Source: a virus. Taken from it: 64,000 nucleotides of DNA. The DNA lies in the IMG/VR virus record IMGVR_UViG_3300037963_003719, positions 44,335 to 108,334 of that record. One strand, given 5' to 3'. This document shows positions 48,765 to 59,057 of this stretch, one piece after another (position 1 is the first letter of the stretch; every line of letters starts with the position of its first letter). The notes under the pieces are model-generated. The model saw only the letters and a list, made by a program, of their open reading frames with translations, was not told the DNA's origin and did no database searches. The position numbers and the translations under genes are program-made.

Positions 48765-50096
48765 TTGATGGAATTTAGTAACTTCAATAAACAAGCAAAA
48801 CAGACCTCGTATAGACATGGAAATCTATACGAGGTTGGTTCGTATGTGCAGAATTCAGATGGTGATGTGGGAAAAGTACACAGACGTGGACCAAATTATG
48901 TAATTGCTTTATCTGATGATGGTGATATGTTTAGAGCATGGGTAAGTGACATCAAAGAATATAAACAATGGAATGCTTCTGGTGCTACTGCTGACCATCG
49001 ATTGGTAGGAACTGATGCTAATCGTAAATTCTTGGAGAAAATGACTCCTGGACATGACTACGATATGTGGAAAAAACCTGCTGAAGTCAATAGACGTATA
49101 AATAAAACTAAACCGATTAAAGAAGAGACGATGACTGCTAATGTAAGATTGTCTGCGTGGATGCTGGGTTTATCTCTGGCAGAGCAGCAGGAAATTGCAT
49201 CTAAAATGGACAGAATCATCCTTGATGGTGATGTAATTGAAGGAATTTTGGAATCATTCAATACAGAAAGGACACAAGATCTTGCTGCTGAGTATGCAAG
49301 TATTGTTTCTGGTGAAGACCTTTCAGAAGGACTGAAGCAAGCACGTAAGAACGTTGGTGCTTCTAAGTGCTGGGATGGTTATAAGGCACAAGGAACTAAA
49401 ATGAAAGGTGGTAAGTCAGTTCCTAACTGTGTGAAGGAAGAGGAAGAAGAACTGGAAGAAGGTAAGAAAGGTCTCTATGCAAATATTCACGCTAAGAGAA
49501 AGCGTGGTGAGAAGATGCGTAGTAAGGGTGATGAAGGTGCTCCTACTGATAAAGCATTCAGAGATTCTGAGAAGACCGCTAAGGAAGAAGTCGAGTATGT
49601 AGAAGAGAAGAAGAAACTTGATCCTGTCGGCAAAGAAGATGGTGATGTCGATAATGATGGTGACAAGGACGCATCTGATGCTTATCTGATGAAGAGACGT
49701 GGTGCTGTCTCTGCTGCTATTAAGGCAAAGAAAGGAACTAAAAAAGAAGGTTTCTCTGATTGGAGAACTGAACTCATTGAGAAAGATGTTAAGGGTGTAG
49801 AAGTTAATCCTTCTATTAATGATGCAACTGACCCAATGGGTGTATATGATAAGAACAAGAAACTGAAAGGTGCTAATAAAAATGGAGAGGTTAAGTCAGT
49901 GAAAAAAGAAGAAGCAGAGTGTGGTTGTGACAAAGATGATGATGGTTCTGAAAAGGCACTCGCTAAGAAAGCAACCAAAGTCAAGCGTGTTAAGTATCAA
50001 GATGGTGTAACTGAAGGTTATACTTATGAGAGTATCCAAGATGTCAATGAGTCACTCAGAGCAAACATCGAGGAATTAAAAGCACTCTATCTTTGA
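48765..50096 (+). CDS. modular charged protein, probable internal head polyprotein
   Basis: N-terminal SH3-like domain (RRGPNYVI..FRAWV), then short modules separated by L/V-x-E sites; internal late promoter. Confidence 0.6.
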   Translation: MMEFSNFNKQAKQTSYRHGNLYEVGSYVQNSDGDVGKVHRRGPNYVIALSDDGDMFRAWVSDIKEYKQWNASGATADHRLVGTDANRKFLEKMTPGHDYDMWKKPAEVNRRINKTKPIKEETMTANVRLSAWMLGLSLAEQQEIASKMDRIILDGDVIEGILESFNTERTQDLAAEYASIVSGEDLSEGLKQARKNVGASKCWDGYKAQGTKMKGGKSVPNCVKEEEEELEEGKKGLYANIHAKRKRGEKMRSKGDEGAPTDKAFRDSEKTAKEEVEYVEEKKKLDPVGKEDGDVDNDGDKDASDAYLMKRRGAVSAAIKAKKGTKKEGFSDWRTELIEKDVKGVEVNPSINDATDPMGVYDKNKKLKGANKNGEVKSVKKEEAECGCDKDDDGSEKALAKKATKVKRVKYQDGVTEGYTYESIQDVNESLRANIEELKALYL

Positions 50097-50124
50097 TATA
50101 TAAGATAACCCTTATTTTTTAATC

Positions 50125-50328
50125 ATGGTAAAACTATTACTTCCACTTGCAATCAAAGTAATTGATGCTGCGGTCGATGCAATCCCAGAAAACATGGATG
50201 AAATCATCAAAAGATTTCTGATTGGACTTGCAAAAAAGGCAGTATCTAGAACTGATAATACTGTAGATGATCAACTAGTAGCAGCACTAGAAGCGGCACT
50301 CTTTCCTCCAGCATCCGAGGAAGGTTGA
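50125..50328 (+). CDS. hypothetical protein
   Basis: LLLPLAIKVIDAAV..TDNTVDDQLV. Confidence 0.65.
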   Translation: MVKLLLPLAIKVIDAAVDAIPENMDEIIKRFLIGLAKKAVSRTDNTVDDQLVAALEAALFPPASEEG

Positions 50329-50333
50329 TCCTG

Positions 50334-50357
50334 AGGAGGGGTAACCCTCCTTTTTTT
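50334..50357 (+). terminator. rho-independent terminator
   Basis: GGAGGG-GTAA-CCCTCC followed by T7. Confidence 0.8.
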
Positions 50358-50406
50358 ATAAATATCTCTATAACGCAATCAACACGTATATTAGGAGTTT
50401 TTAACA

Positions 50407-50979
50407 ATGCCTCTCTGGGGAAAAACCGAATCGGACGAATCAAAACCAAAGTGGTTGGACCGTGTTAATAAGAATGGACTTGCTGAAGATTGCTTTGCAA
50501 CTGAGCAAGGATGGGTCCTTCGCCATTACAAAGGTACTGACAAGAACACTGCACGTTATTGGGATGAACTCCTGGTAGCAATTGGCGGTCTTGCTGGTGG
50601 CACTTCTGCAACAACTCTCCTCGGTGAGGCAGATGTTACTGCTGTATTCTTTGAGCAGGAAGCACTTTCACAAGGCGACACTGGAACCGTCGTTGTTATC
50701 TACAACGAGCAAGTTGATGTAACTGCTGGTGCAACCCTTGCTGTTACTGGTTCTGTAACTGGTGCTGTCACTGCAACTTATGCACGTGGAACTGGATCAA
50801 ACCGTCTTGAGTTTGACTTCACCGTTCCTTCACAAGCAGAAGTTCTTTCTATCGCTGATCAAACTATCAGTGGTACTATTGAAGACAAAGGTACTTCAGT
50901 TGCTTCTGAAAAAGCATTTGCTGGTAAAACAATTGGTGCTGGCGGATCTGGTACTGACCTAACTCTCACTATCTCGTAA
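50407..50979 (+). CDS. putative virion structural protein
   Basis: MPLWG..KPKWL..GWV N-terminus plus Ig-like C-terminus; late promoter. Confidence 0.6.
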   Translation: MPLWGKTESDESKPKWLDRVNKNGLAEDCFATEQGWVLRHYKGTDKNTARYWDELLVAIGGLAGGTSATTLLGEADVTAVFFEQEALSQGDTGTVVVIYNEQVDVTAGATLAVTGSVTGAVTATYARGTGSNRLEFDFTVPSQAEVLSIADQTISGTIEDKGTSVASEKAFAGKTIGAGGSGTDLTLTIS

Positions 50980-50985
50980 TAATGT

Positions 50986-51351
50986 ATGAAGTTTACTGAA
51001 TTGAATGAGGACAACTACCTCTTTTTTGCTATTAAATATTATGATAATCCTCAAGCAGTAACGAAAGAGGACTTTTATGATGACCTTAAACGATTTAAGT
51101 ATCTGAAAAGGTTGCTCAAAACTTACATTAAGACGGGCAACCTTAAACTTCATTTGATTTTAAATCATATGATTATCATTTACAATGTTTTTGGTGAGGC
51201 AGCAACACCGCTGCTGTTCTATAAAATTTCAAATGAATATTGGTCTATTATGAAAAGTTTTATGGTTTATCTAAATAGATATCCCATATGCAATACCCTT
51301 GACCATATAGAACTGGATAAATATTGTATAGAGCAATTGCAACAACTATGA
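50986..51351 (+). CDS. conserved T4-like hypothetical protein
   Basis: FAIKYYDNP..FYDDLKRFKY..LILNH..NVFG. Confidence 0.75.
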   Translation: MKFTELNEDNYLFFAIKYYDNPQAVTKEDFYDDLKRFKYLKRLLKTYIKTGNLKLHLILNHMIIIYNVFGEAATPLLFYKISNEYWSIMKSFMVYLNRYPICNTLDHIELDKYCIEQLQQL

Positions 51352-51965
51352 AGGTGTTCACTTTAAAAATGAATGGTAGGGTATACACTGAAGAAGTGCC
51401 TACGATGAGTGCATCTAGTGGTGCAATCGCTGGTCTTCCACCTGACGAACCACCTGTTAGGAAAAGGAAACGCAAATTTAAAACTGATATTTTTCAAAGG
51501 ATTAGAAACGCTCGCTTAAAAGAACAAACCATGGAAGATCAAAACATCATCTCTGAAGCAGATAACTCAAACACTGAGGTATCTTCTGCCATGCGTATGA
51601 TTCAAACCAAACGCAAACTTCAGAAGAAGCAAGAACGTGAAAAGCGTGCTGCAAATCGTAAGCAAGAAATTCAGGCATTGTCCAAAGCAAAGGCAAAGGA
51701 CTACCAGAAGAAAGCTGGCGAGCGTACAAAGAATATTTCTAAAGACATTAACAAGGCAGCAGCGTCAAAAGATATGAAAAAAGAAGCATTCGATTGGCAA
51801 CATGCCTTTACAGAACTGAATGAGCAGTTCGCTACCCTGTCACAAGAACAGCAAGAGAAGTTCTTGAAGACCTGGTTGCAGATGTCTGAAGAGACACAAG
51901 ATAAATTTACAACCTTAATTTCTGAGAACTTTGAGAGAGCGTCTAGATTTGTTGAGACCCTGTAA
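51348..51965 (+). CDS. hypothetical charged protein
   Basis: EEVPTMS..IAGLPPDEPPV motif, basic helices. Confidence 0.6.
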   Translation: MKVFTLKMNGRVYTEEVPTMSASSGAIAGLPPDEPPVRKRKRKFKTDIFQRIRNARLKEQTMEDQNIISEADNSNTEVSSAMRMIQTKRKLQKKQEREKRAANRKQEIQALSKAKAKDYQKKAGERTKNISKDINKAAASKDMKKEAFDWQHAFTELNEQFATLSQEQQEKFLKTWLQMSEETQDKFTTLISENFERASRFVETL

Positions 51966-52396
51966 TGGCGTTTGGGTTTGGAAAATTAGCAGTATTAGAA
52001 TCTAAACTCAGTATATACGAGGATCTCTCTAAAGAGATGCTTGACAAACTTGAGAAAGCAGTTGGAACAATTTCTGAGAACAGCAATAAGATTGCTGTAA
52101 TCTTGGAGCGTCATGAAAATAGATTAGATGAGAGCGAGCGTTCTGATCAATTGATTCTAAGTATGCTTCAGGAAATAAAAGATAACCAGAGAAAAGATAT
52201 TGATATCATACACGACAGGGTATCGCAATTACAAAAGAAAGTAGATATGAATGCTAAGTTTGTAATTGGTGCTGGTGCCGTCTTGGCAACCATTGTGGCA
52301 GTGTTACAAGTGGTCCCTCCAGTAATAAAGGTGTTGACACCTCAGGCAAATGCTGGTAGTATGATTGAAATGCCTGATCCACATGCTTTATCTTGA
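51965..52396 (+). CDS. coiled-coil protein with C-terminal TM
   Basis: Heptads followed by FVIGAGAVLATIVAVL. Confidence 0.65.
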   Translation: MAFGFGKLAVLESKLSIYEDLSKEMLDKLEKAVGTISENSNKIAVILERHENRLDESERSDQLILSMLQEIKDNQRKDIDIIHDRVSQLQKKVDMNAKFVIGAGAVLATIVAVLQVVPPVIKVLTPQANAGSMIEMPDPHALS

Positions 52397-53366
52397 TACC
52401 AAATACATATCTCTGGTATCTGGTCGATTAGAAAAGTTTAAAAAACAAAATACCACCTATAACTTTAGGTGCCCCTATTGCGGTGATTCTCAAAAGAACA
52501 AGAATCGTGCAAGGGGGTATTTCTTTCAGAAGAAGGGTTCATACATCTACAAGTGTCACAACTGTGGCGTGGGTAGAACTTTGTCAAACTTTTTAAAAGA
52601 TCATGATCAGGGATTATACAAAGAATATGTTTTAGAATCCTACAGGGAAGGTGCCACTGGTAAAGGTACGAAGATCCCATTGCCAGAATTTAAGTTCGAG
52701 AAACCAAGTTTTAAAAAGAACATATTCTCAGATCTGGAAAAAGTGTCAGATCTAAATAAATCACATGTCGCTCGACGTTTCCTTGAAGCACGTAAATTAC
52801 CACCTGAATTATTTTACTTCTGTCCAAAATTTAAGACATGGACAAACAAACATAAACAGGTATTCAAGGACACAAGATACGATGAATCCAGAATTATCAT
52901 CCCCTTGAGGGATAAAGATGGGACCTTTGGTTACCAGGGTAGATCTATCTATCCACAATCTCAAATTCGATACATCACAGTAGTTCTCGATGAGAACAAA
53001 ACAAAACTTTATGGATTGGACAAGGTAAACGAAAATGAAACGGTATACATCACAGAAGGACCATTCGACAGTCATTTCCTTAGGAACGCTATTGCTATGT
53101 GTGGTAGCGATGTTAACGACAGCAATGTACCTTATACAGATCGGGTCTGGGTCTTCGACAACGAACCCAGATCGAGACAGATTGTTGATAAGATTACATC
53201 AGCGATTAAGAACGGAGACAAGGTAGTAATTTTCCCTGGCAACATCAAAGAAAAAGATCTGAACGACATGACACTTGCTGGACATGACGTTCAAAGTATG
53301 GTAGAATCGAACACCTACCAAGGACTACAAGCAACCCTTAAACTAACATCCTGGAAAAAAGTATGA
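52383..53366 (+). CDS. g61: DNA primase gp61
   Basis: CPYCGDS..CHNC, EGPFDS, DNEPR, KDLND. Confidence 0.94.
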   Translation: MLYLDTKYISLVSGRLEKFKKQNTTYNFRCPYCGDSQKNKNRARGYFFQKKGSYIYKCHNCGVGRTLSNFLKDHDQGLYKEYVLESYREGATGKGTKIPLPEFKFEKPSFKKNIFSDLEKVSDLNKSHVARRFLEARKLPPELFYFCPKFKTWTNKHKQVFKDTRYDESRIIIPLRDKDGTFGYQGRSIYPQSQIRYITVVLDENKTKLYGLDKVNENETVYITEGPFDSHFLRNAIAMCGSDVNDSNVPYTDRVWVFDNEPRSRQIVDKITSAIKNGDKVVIFPGNIKEKDLNDMTLAGHDVQSMVESNTYQGLQATLKLTSWKKV

Positions 53367-55663
53367 GCAACGGACTAAAGGTAAAGAAAAGAGACGGTCG
53401 TGTTGAAAGTATCGACCTAGAAAAAATGCATGTGATGGTAGATGCAGCATGTGAAGGACTCTCAGGTGTGTCTGCATCCCAAGTGGAAATCCAATCGGGT
53501 ATTCAGTTTTATGATGGAATCTCGACAGAAGAAATCCAGGAAATTTTGATTCGCAGTGCTAGTGATTTGATTGATGAAGAGCATCCAAACTATCAGTTTG
53601 TTGCTGCTCGTCTTCTTTTGTATGGACTTCGTAAGCAAATCAATGGTCTTTGTTATGACCACCCTACACTTCATGCTCAGATCGTCAGATGTGTTGAGTG
53701 GGGAGTATATGATGACGAAGTGTTAAATAATTATACTGAAGAAGAAATTAATACTATTGGTGAATGGATTGATCACGATCGTGATTATCTGTTTACATAT
53801 GCAGGTCTTCGTCAGGTGGTAGATAAGTACCTAGTCCAGGATCGTAGTAGTGGAGAGGTATATGAAACACCTCAGTTTATGTACATGATGATTGCTGTAA
53901 CGATCTTTGCACGGTATCCAAAGGAATTCAGGTTATCTTACATTAGAAAATACTACAATGCAATCTCCAAACACCGAATCAACATTCCCACACCTATCAT
54001 GGCGGGAGTGCGAACTCCACTTCGACAATTTGCTAGCTGTGTTCTTGTTGATATTGATGACACCCTCGATTCTATCTTTAGCAGTGATATGGCAATTGGC
54101 AAATACGTTGCACAAAGGGCGGGAATCGGTATCAACGCAGGCAGAATCCGTGGTGTCAACGCTAAGATCAGAGGCGGAGAAGTTCAACACACAGGTGTTG
54201 TCCCGTTCCTCAAAAAGTTTGAAGCAACTGTCAGATGCTGTACTCAAAATGGCATCCGTGGTGGATCAGCAACTGTCCACTTCCCAATCTGGCACCAAGA
54301 AATAGAGGACATTATTGTCCTGAAAAATAATAAAGGAACCGAGGATAACCGTGTCAGAAAACTTGACTACTCAATCCAACTCAGCAAAATCTTCTACGAA
54401 AGATTCATCCAAAATGGAGACATCTCACTATTCAGTCCTCACGATGTCCCAGGTCTTTACGATGCTTTTGGGACTGACCGTTTTGACAGCATGTATATTC
54501 GTTATGAACGAGATGAGAATGTTCCAAGAAAAACTGTCGGTGCTCAAGAACTCATTCTGGCACTTCTAAAAGAGAGAGCAGAGACAGGTCGTGTTTATAT
54601 TATGAACATTGATCACTGTAACTCTCACTCTTCCTTCAAGGACAAGGTGAATATGAGTAACCTGTGTCAGGAGATCACTCTACCTACCGATCCCATCAAA
54701 CATATTGATGATGATGGTGGAGAGATTGCTCTTTGCATCCTGTCTGCAATCAATGTAGGCAAAATTAAAAACCTTGATGAGATGGAAGAACTTTGTGATC
54801 TTTCTGTTCGTGGTTTGGAGGAACTAATTGACTATCAGGGATACCCTGTAGCGGCAGCAGAACGTGCTACAAGGGCACGTAGATCTCTTGGGGTAGGGTT
54901 TATTGGTCTTGCTCACTATTTGGCAAAACTTGGTCACAAATATGATGACCCTGCAGCGTTGTATGCAGTGCATGAATTGACTGAAGCATTCCAATTCTAT
55001 CTCCTCAAGTCATCAAATGACCTTGCTAAAGAGAAAGGACAGTGTGAAGCATTCTATCGTACTAAATATGCAGATGGTACTTTGCCAATTGATACATATA
55101 AGGCAGACGTTGACGAACTTGTAGCACCAAAGTACAACTATGACTGGGATTCTCTTAGGGATGATATCATCAGATACGGACTCAGGCACAGCACTCTGTC
55201 CGCACAAATGCCTTCGGAGAGCAGTTCCGTTGTGTCAAATGCCACAAATGGAATTGAACCACCTAGAGCATACTTGTCCATTAAGAAGAGCAAGAAAGGA
55301 CCACTCAAGCAGATTGTCCCACAGTATAACTCTCTTAAAAATAACTACACTTTGCTTTGGGACATGCCTGACAATTCTGGTTACATTAATGTTGTTGCTG
55401 TCATTCAAAAGTTCTTCGACCAAGCAATCTCTGGAAACTGGAGTTACAATCCAGAAAACTATCCAGACAACGAAGTCCCAATGAAAGTGATTGCACAAGA
55501 TCTTTTGACTACGTACAAGTACGGTTGGAAGACATCTTATTATCAGAACACATACGATCAAAAAGGAGACGATTTGCTAGACGAAAAGAAAGAAGCACTA
55601 GAAAACATGTTAGCATCACTAGAAAACACCGAGGAGGACGACTGTGAATCTTGTAAAATCTGA
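53363..55663 (+). CDS. nrdA: ribonucleotide reductase class Ia alpha
   Basis: ATP cone VKKRDG, SNLCQEI, MPSESSS, KTSYY, CESCKI. Confidence 0.97.
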   Translation: MSNGLKVKKRDGRVESIDLEKMHVMVDAACEGLSGVSASQVEIQSGIQFYDGISTEEIQEILIRSASDLIDEEHPNYQFVAARLLLYGLRKQINGLCYDHPTLHAQIVRCVEWGVYDDEVLNNYTEEEINTIGEWIDHDRDYLFTYAGLRQVVDKYLVQDRSSGEVYETPQFMYMMIAVTIFARYPKEFRLSYIRKYYNAISKHRINIPTPIMAGVRTPLRQFASCVLVDIDDTLDSIFSSDMAIGKYVAQRAGIGINAGRIRGVNAKIRGGEVQHTGVVPFLKKFEATVRCCTQNGIRGGSATVHFPIWHQEIEDIIVLKNNKGTEDNRVRKLDYSIQLSKIFYERFIQNGDISLFSPHDVPGLYDAFGTDRFDSMYIRYERDENVPRKTVGAQELILALLKERAETGRVYIMNIDHCNSHSSFKDKVNMSNLCQEITLPTDPIKHIDDDGGEIALCILSAINVGKIKNLDEMEELCDLSVRGLEELIDYQGYPVAAAERATRARRSLGVGFIGLAHYLAKLGHKYDDPAALYAVHELTEAFQFYLLKSSNDLAKEKGQCEAFYRTKYADGTLPIDTYKADVDELVAPKYNYDWDSLRDDIIRYGLRHSTLSAQMPSESSSVVSNATNGIEPPRAYLSIKKSKKGPLKQIVPQYNSLKNNYTLLWDMPDNSGYINVVAVIQKFFDQAISGNWSYNPENYPDNEVPMKVIAQDLLTTYKYGWKTSYYQNTYDQKGDDLLDEKKEALENMLASLENTEEDDCESCKI

Positions 55664-56810
55664 TAGAAAGATTGAAGGGATGACCGTGTTTAACACGCAA
55701 AAGGTAGACAGGAAAAAACAACCGATGTTCTTCGGTAAACCTTTGGGAGTCCAGAGGTATGACAGTTTTAAGTATCCTGTTTTTGATAAACTAACTCAAC
55801 AACAACTTGGTTATTTCTGGAGACCTGAGGAGGTCTCCTTACAAAAAGATCGTAGTGACTATCAGACGTTACGCCCAGAACAGAAACACATTTTTACCAG
55901 CAATCTTAAATACCAGATCATGCTGGATTCTGTACAAGGGCGTGGTCCTGGGATGGCTTTTATCCCATACTGTTCATTACCTGAACTTGAATCTGCCATG
56001 ACCGTATGGGAGTTTATGGAGATGATCCATAGTCGCTCCTACACGTATGTGATTAAGAACGTATATTCAGATCCTGCTGAGGTATTTGATACGATTCTTG
56101 ATGATGAAAAGATTCTCTCACGTGCGACATCAGTCACAGAATCTTACGATGCATTCATAAATCATGCACATGAGTATGATAATGGTATGCTGTGGGAACT
56201 TGCTTCTGAAGGTCACTATGCTGGCACATATGATCGCACTGAACTCAAAAGAAAACTTTACAGGGCAATTGCCAATGTCAACATTCTTGAAGGAATTAGG
56301 TTCTATGTCTCCTTCGCTTGCTCGTTTGCGTTTGGTGAACTCAAACTTATGGAAGGATCCGCTAAAATTATCTCTCTCATCGCCAGAGACGAAAATCAGC
56401 ATCTTGTCCTTACTCAAAACATCCTCAACAAATGGCGTGATGGGGACGATCCTGAAATGCAGGAGATAGTAAAAGAAGAAGAACCTTATGTAAGACAGAT
56501 GTTTAAGCGTTGTGTCGAAGAAGAAAAGACATGGGCACAGTATCTGTTTAAAGACGGTTCTATGATTGGTCTCAACGACAAACTTCTATATAACTATGTC
56601 GAATGGATTGCAAACCGTCGTATGAAAGCGATTGGTTTGAAACCAGAGTATGATATTCCTGCTAAGAACAATCCCCTACCATGGACTGAACACTGGATCT
56701 CCTCCAAAGGACTCCAGGTTGCTCCACAAGAGACGGAAGTTGAGTCCTATGTGGTTGGTGGTCTTAAGCAAGATGTTAAAAAGAACACCTTTGCCGACTT
56801 CTCACTATGA
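55644..56810 (+). CDS. nrdB: ribonucleotide reductase class Ia beta
   Basis: FWRPEEV, EMIHSRSY, LEGIRFYVSF, RDENQH, APQETE. Confidence 0.96.
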   Translation: MNLVKSDRKIEGMTVFNTQKVDRKKQPMFFGKPLGVQRYDSFKYPVFDKLTQQQLGYFWRPEEVSLQKDRSDYQTLRPEQKHIFTSNLKYQIMLDSVQGRGPGMAFIPYCSLPELESAMTVWEFMEMIHSRSYTYVIKNVYSDPAEVFDTILDDEKILSRATSVTESYDAFINHAHEYDNGMLWELASEGHYAGTYDRTELKRKLYRAIANVNILEGIRFYVSFACSFAFGELKLMEGSAKIISLIARDENQHLVLTQNILNKWRDGDDPEMQEIVKEEEPYVRQMFKRCVEEEKTWAQYLFKDGSMIGLNDKLLYNYVEWIANRRMKAIGLKPEYDIPAKNNPLPWTEHWISSKGLQVAPQETEVESYVVGGLKQDVKKNTFADFSL

Positions 56811-56956
56811 CCAAACCAGCACCATGGAAACTGAAAGCATTAGCAGATCCTAAACTTACAGATAAGCAATGGACCCTACTTAAGTTGGGTCCTTCTAATC
56901 TAGGACAAGCATTTATGCTTCAAGCACTTAAGTGGAAGTATTCTCGTTCTGACTGA
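56807..56956 (+). CDS. small hypothetical protein (not in ORF track)
   Basis: MTKPAPWKLKALADP..LGPSNLGQAFMLQALKWKY; ATGA overlap with nrdB. Confidence 0.55.
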   Translation: MTKPAPWKLKALADPKLTDKQWTLLKLGPSNLGQAFMLQALKWKYSRSD

Positions 56957-56982
56957 CTATATAAGTCAGTGATGACTTTTAT

Positions 56983-57432
56983 ATGTACGAAAACCCATGG
57001 TGGTACAATGGCGAAGTATTTGATTCGGATAGTATAAATGGATACTATGGGTTTGTTTACTTAATAACTAACACAGTTAATGGTAGAAAATACATAGGTC
57101 GAAAGTACTTCTGGTCTTTTAGAAAAAAGAAAGGTGAGAAGAGAAGAAGAAAGCAAGAATCTGATTGGAGAAAGTATTATGGTTCTTGCCCAGAATTAAA
57201 GGAAGACATCAAATTATTTGGTAAAGAAAAATTTACAAGAGAAATTTTAACTCTGCATACAACGTTGGGTAAAGTCAACTATGAAGAGACCCGACGATTA
57301 TTTGTCCACAACGTCTTAACGGAAAGCTTGACAGATGGCACCCCTGCCTTCTATAATAGCAATGTTCTAGGTCGTTACTACAGGAAAGATTATTTTGATT
57401 TTGGAACTCTTGATGGCACTGACGCCAACTGA
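56983..57432 (+). CDS. GIY-YIG family endonuclease
   Basis: GFVYLITN..KYIGRK..YYGS..FTREIL..YEE..YN. Confidence 0.8.
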   Translation: MYENPWWYNGEVFDSDSINGYYGFVYLITNTVNGRKYIGRKYFWSFRKKKGEKRRRKQESDWRKYYGSCPELKEDIKLFGKEKFTREILTLHTTLGKVNYEETRRLFVHNVLTESLTDGTPAFYNSNVLGRYYRKDYFDFGTLDGTDAN

Positions 57433-57784
57433 CTATGATCATCTCGCAAGAACCGTTCAGGTTGAGGCGGCACCTAACACAATGGATGAGTACTGCGTTG
57501 CAGTATCTGTCCTAAACAGGGTAAAATCTCCACTATACCCTAACACTGTTGCTAATGTTGTATACTCTCCTGGACAGTATGAGGGATTTCGTTATTGGCG
57601 TCCTGTTGCAAAACAATCAGTCATTGATCGACTGAAAGATAATGATAAAATGCTTGAAGCATATAGTATTATCGGTGACAGGACTGATTTTAAAGGTCAA
57701 TCTATGCTTAGGTATCGTGTAGCATCACACGATCCAATGTGTCATAGTAGAGGAAACTTTTTCCACTACCATTGGCAAACTTGA
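57395..57784 (+). CDS. SleB-like cell wall hydrolase
   Basis: LARTVQVEA..VAVSVLNRV..YPNTV..VVYSPGQY. Confidence 0.8.
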   Translation: MILELLMALTPTDYDHLARTVQVEAAPNTMDEYCVAVSVLNRVKSPLYPNTVANVVYSPGQYEGFRYWRPVAKQSVIDRLKDNDKMLEAYSIIGDRTDFKGQSMLRYRVASHDPMCHSRGNFFHYHWQT

Positions 57785-57809
57785 CATCTAAACTAGGATA
57801 GTGTATACT
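57781..57809 (+). promoter_or_regulatory. sigma70 promoter for tRNA pair
   Basis: TTGACA-17-TATACT. Confidence 0.8.
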
Positions 57810-57818
57810 ATCCTTTCT

Positions 57819-57895
<77 letters not shown>

Positions 57896-57967
57896 GGGTG
57901 AATAGCTCAGCGGTAGAGCATCTCCTTTACACGGAGGCGGTCGGGGGTTCGATCCCCTCTTCACCCA
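57896..57967 (+). tRNA. trnV: tRNA-Val(TAC)
   Basis: GGGTGAA/TTCACCC acceptor, TTTACAC loop, GTTCGAT. Confidence 0.95.
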
Positions 57968-58002
57968 TAAATATACCAGTGATGCGATGAGGCACATGAG
58001 AA

Positions 58003-58251
58003 ATGTTAACAGCAAAATGCAAACTATGTAATGTAGAAATCACAAGTAATTCCAAAACACAATGCTGTGGGTGTTCCAATCAAATGGTAGTACATGAGAA
58101 CACCATCACTGCTAAAGATTTATCGATGGTCCTCCTGATCAATTCTGAAAATAGTATTAAGGAACACAGTGTTCTGACCAATCATGATTTAGAATATCAG
58201 GAGAACCGAAGGAAACGTAAGGTTCGCAAACTTGACTTTGAGGTAAGATGA
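58003..58251 (+). CDS. Zn-ribbon-like hypothetical protein
   Basis: CKLC..CCGCSN; [14 protein letters not shown]. Confidence 0.7.
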   Translation: MLTAKCKLCNVEITSNSKTQCCGCSNQMVVHENTITAKDLSMVLLINSENSIKEHSVLTNHDLEYQENRRKRKVRKLDFEVR

Positions 58252-58430
58252 CCACCAAACCAGAAAAAAGAAAAGATGCATTCTACATCTTCTATGAGAG
58301 TGTTCTGAAACCAGACCATCGTCTTAGAGAGGATGCCCATGACCAAGAATGTTACCATGAACTTATGGAGTGGCGTGGAGAAATTATTGCTTACCTTGAT
58401 AAACGTAAAAGCGAAGAGTTCTACTCTTGA
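58248..58430 (+). CDS. hypothetical protein
   Basis: FYESVLKPD..CYHELMEWR. Confidence 0.65.
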   Translation: MTTKPEKRKDAFYIFYESVLKPDHRLREDAHDQECYHELMEWRGEIIAYLDKRKSEEFYS

Positions 58431-58468
58431 CAAACCTGCCTGATGGTTGTATAATTATCAGGTTACAA

Positions 58469-58540
58469 CGGGGTGTAGCGCAGAGGTAGCGCATCGCTTT
58501 TGGGAAGCGAGGGTCGCAGGTTCGATCCCTGCCACCCCGA
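58469..58540 (+). tRNA. trnP: tRNA-Pro(TGG)
   Basis: CGGGGTG/CACCCCG acceptor, TTTGGGA loop; promoter TTGACA(58427)-17-TATAAT. Confidence 0.95.
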
Positions 58541-58584
58541 TTGGAGGGTCACTCCTCCACTATTGTAGTTAAATTGCAAAGGCA

Positions 58585-58812
58585 ATGTCTCGTTCTAAAT
58601 TTCATTCTAAATTCAAATCAGATCTCAATAAACTTACTGCAGCAGTCGAGGGTACACTAGCACTCGACGAGGACAATCCTAAACTTTATCAAAAACTTAT
58701 TCGTTTCTATGAAGATCAGGGTGTTCAACTGTATGATGATCCAGAAGATGATTACAACGTGATTATGGACAGCGTAGAGGCAGATCTTATTGAATCTGGA
58801 GTTTATGCGTAG
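58585..58812 (+). CDS. hypothetical protein
   Basis: LDEDNPKLYQKL.RFY..GVQLY.DPEDDY. Confidence 0.7.
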   Translation: MSRSKFHSKFKSDLNKLTAAVEGTLALDEDNPKLYQKLIRFYEDQGVQLYDDPEDDYNVIMDSVEADLIESGVYA

Positions 58813-58981
58813 GTCTCGGACAGACATAAAAAGTGCCCTGGTGGAGTCATCTTGACCCAACACCTCGGGATGGTGTAAAAAGCGCCCTGGTCGGTGAAGG
58901 ATCCCCCTTCAATCCCGAAAGTTTCCTGCTTCTTTCAAAAGCAGGTGGCGTGCATGTACCCATGGGGATTGACCTCCCCAT
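58813..58981 (+). ncRNA. structured RNA, manA-motif-like
   Basis: GC-rich intergenic stretch with repeated AAAAGYGCCCTGGT units, CCTGCTT/AAGCAGG stem and terminal TGGGG/CCCCA hairpin, next to a tRNA. Family assignment is from recall only. Confidence 0.55.
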
Positions 58982-58986
58982 TTTCT

Positions 58987-59057
58987 GCGGGATTAGTTTA
59001 GAGGCAAAACTAAAGGTTTCCAACCTTTCGTCATCGGTTCGATTCCGATATTCCGCT
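58987..59057 (+). tRNA. trnG: tRNA-Gly(TCC)
   Basis: GCGGGAT/ATTCCGC acceptor, AAAGG-TTTCCAA-CCTTT anticodon arm, GTTCGAT. Confidence 0.9.
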
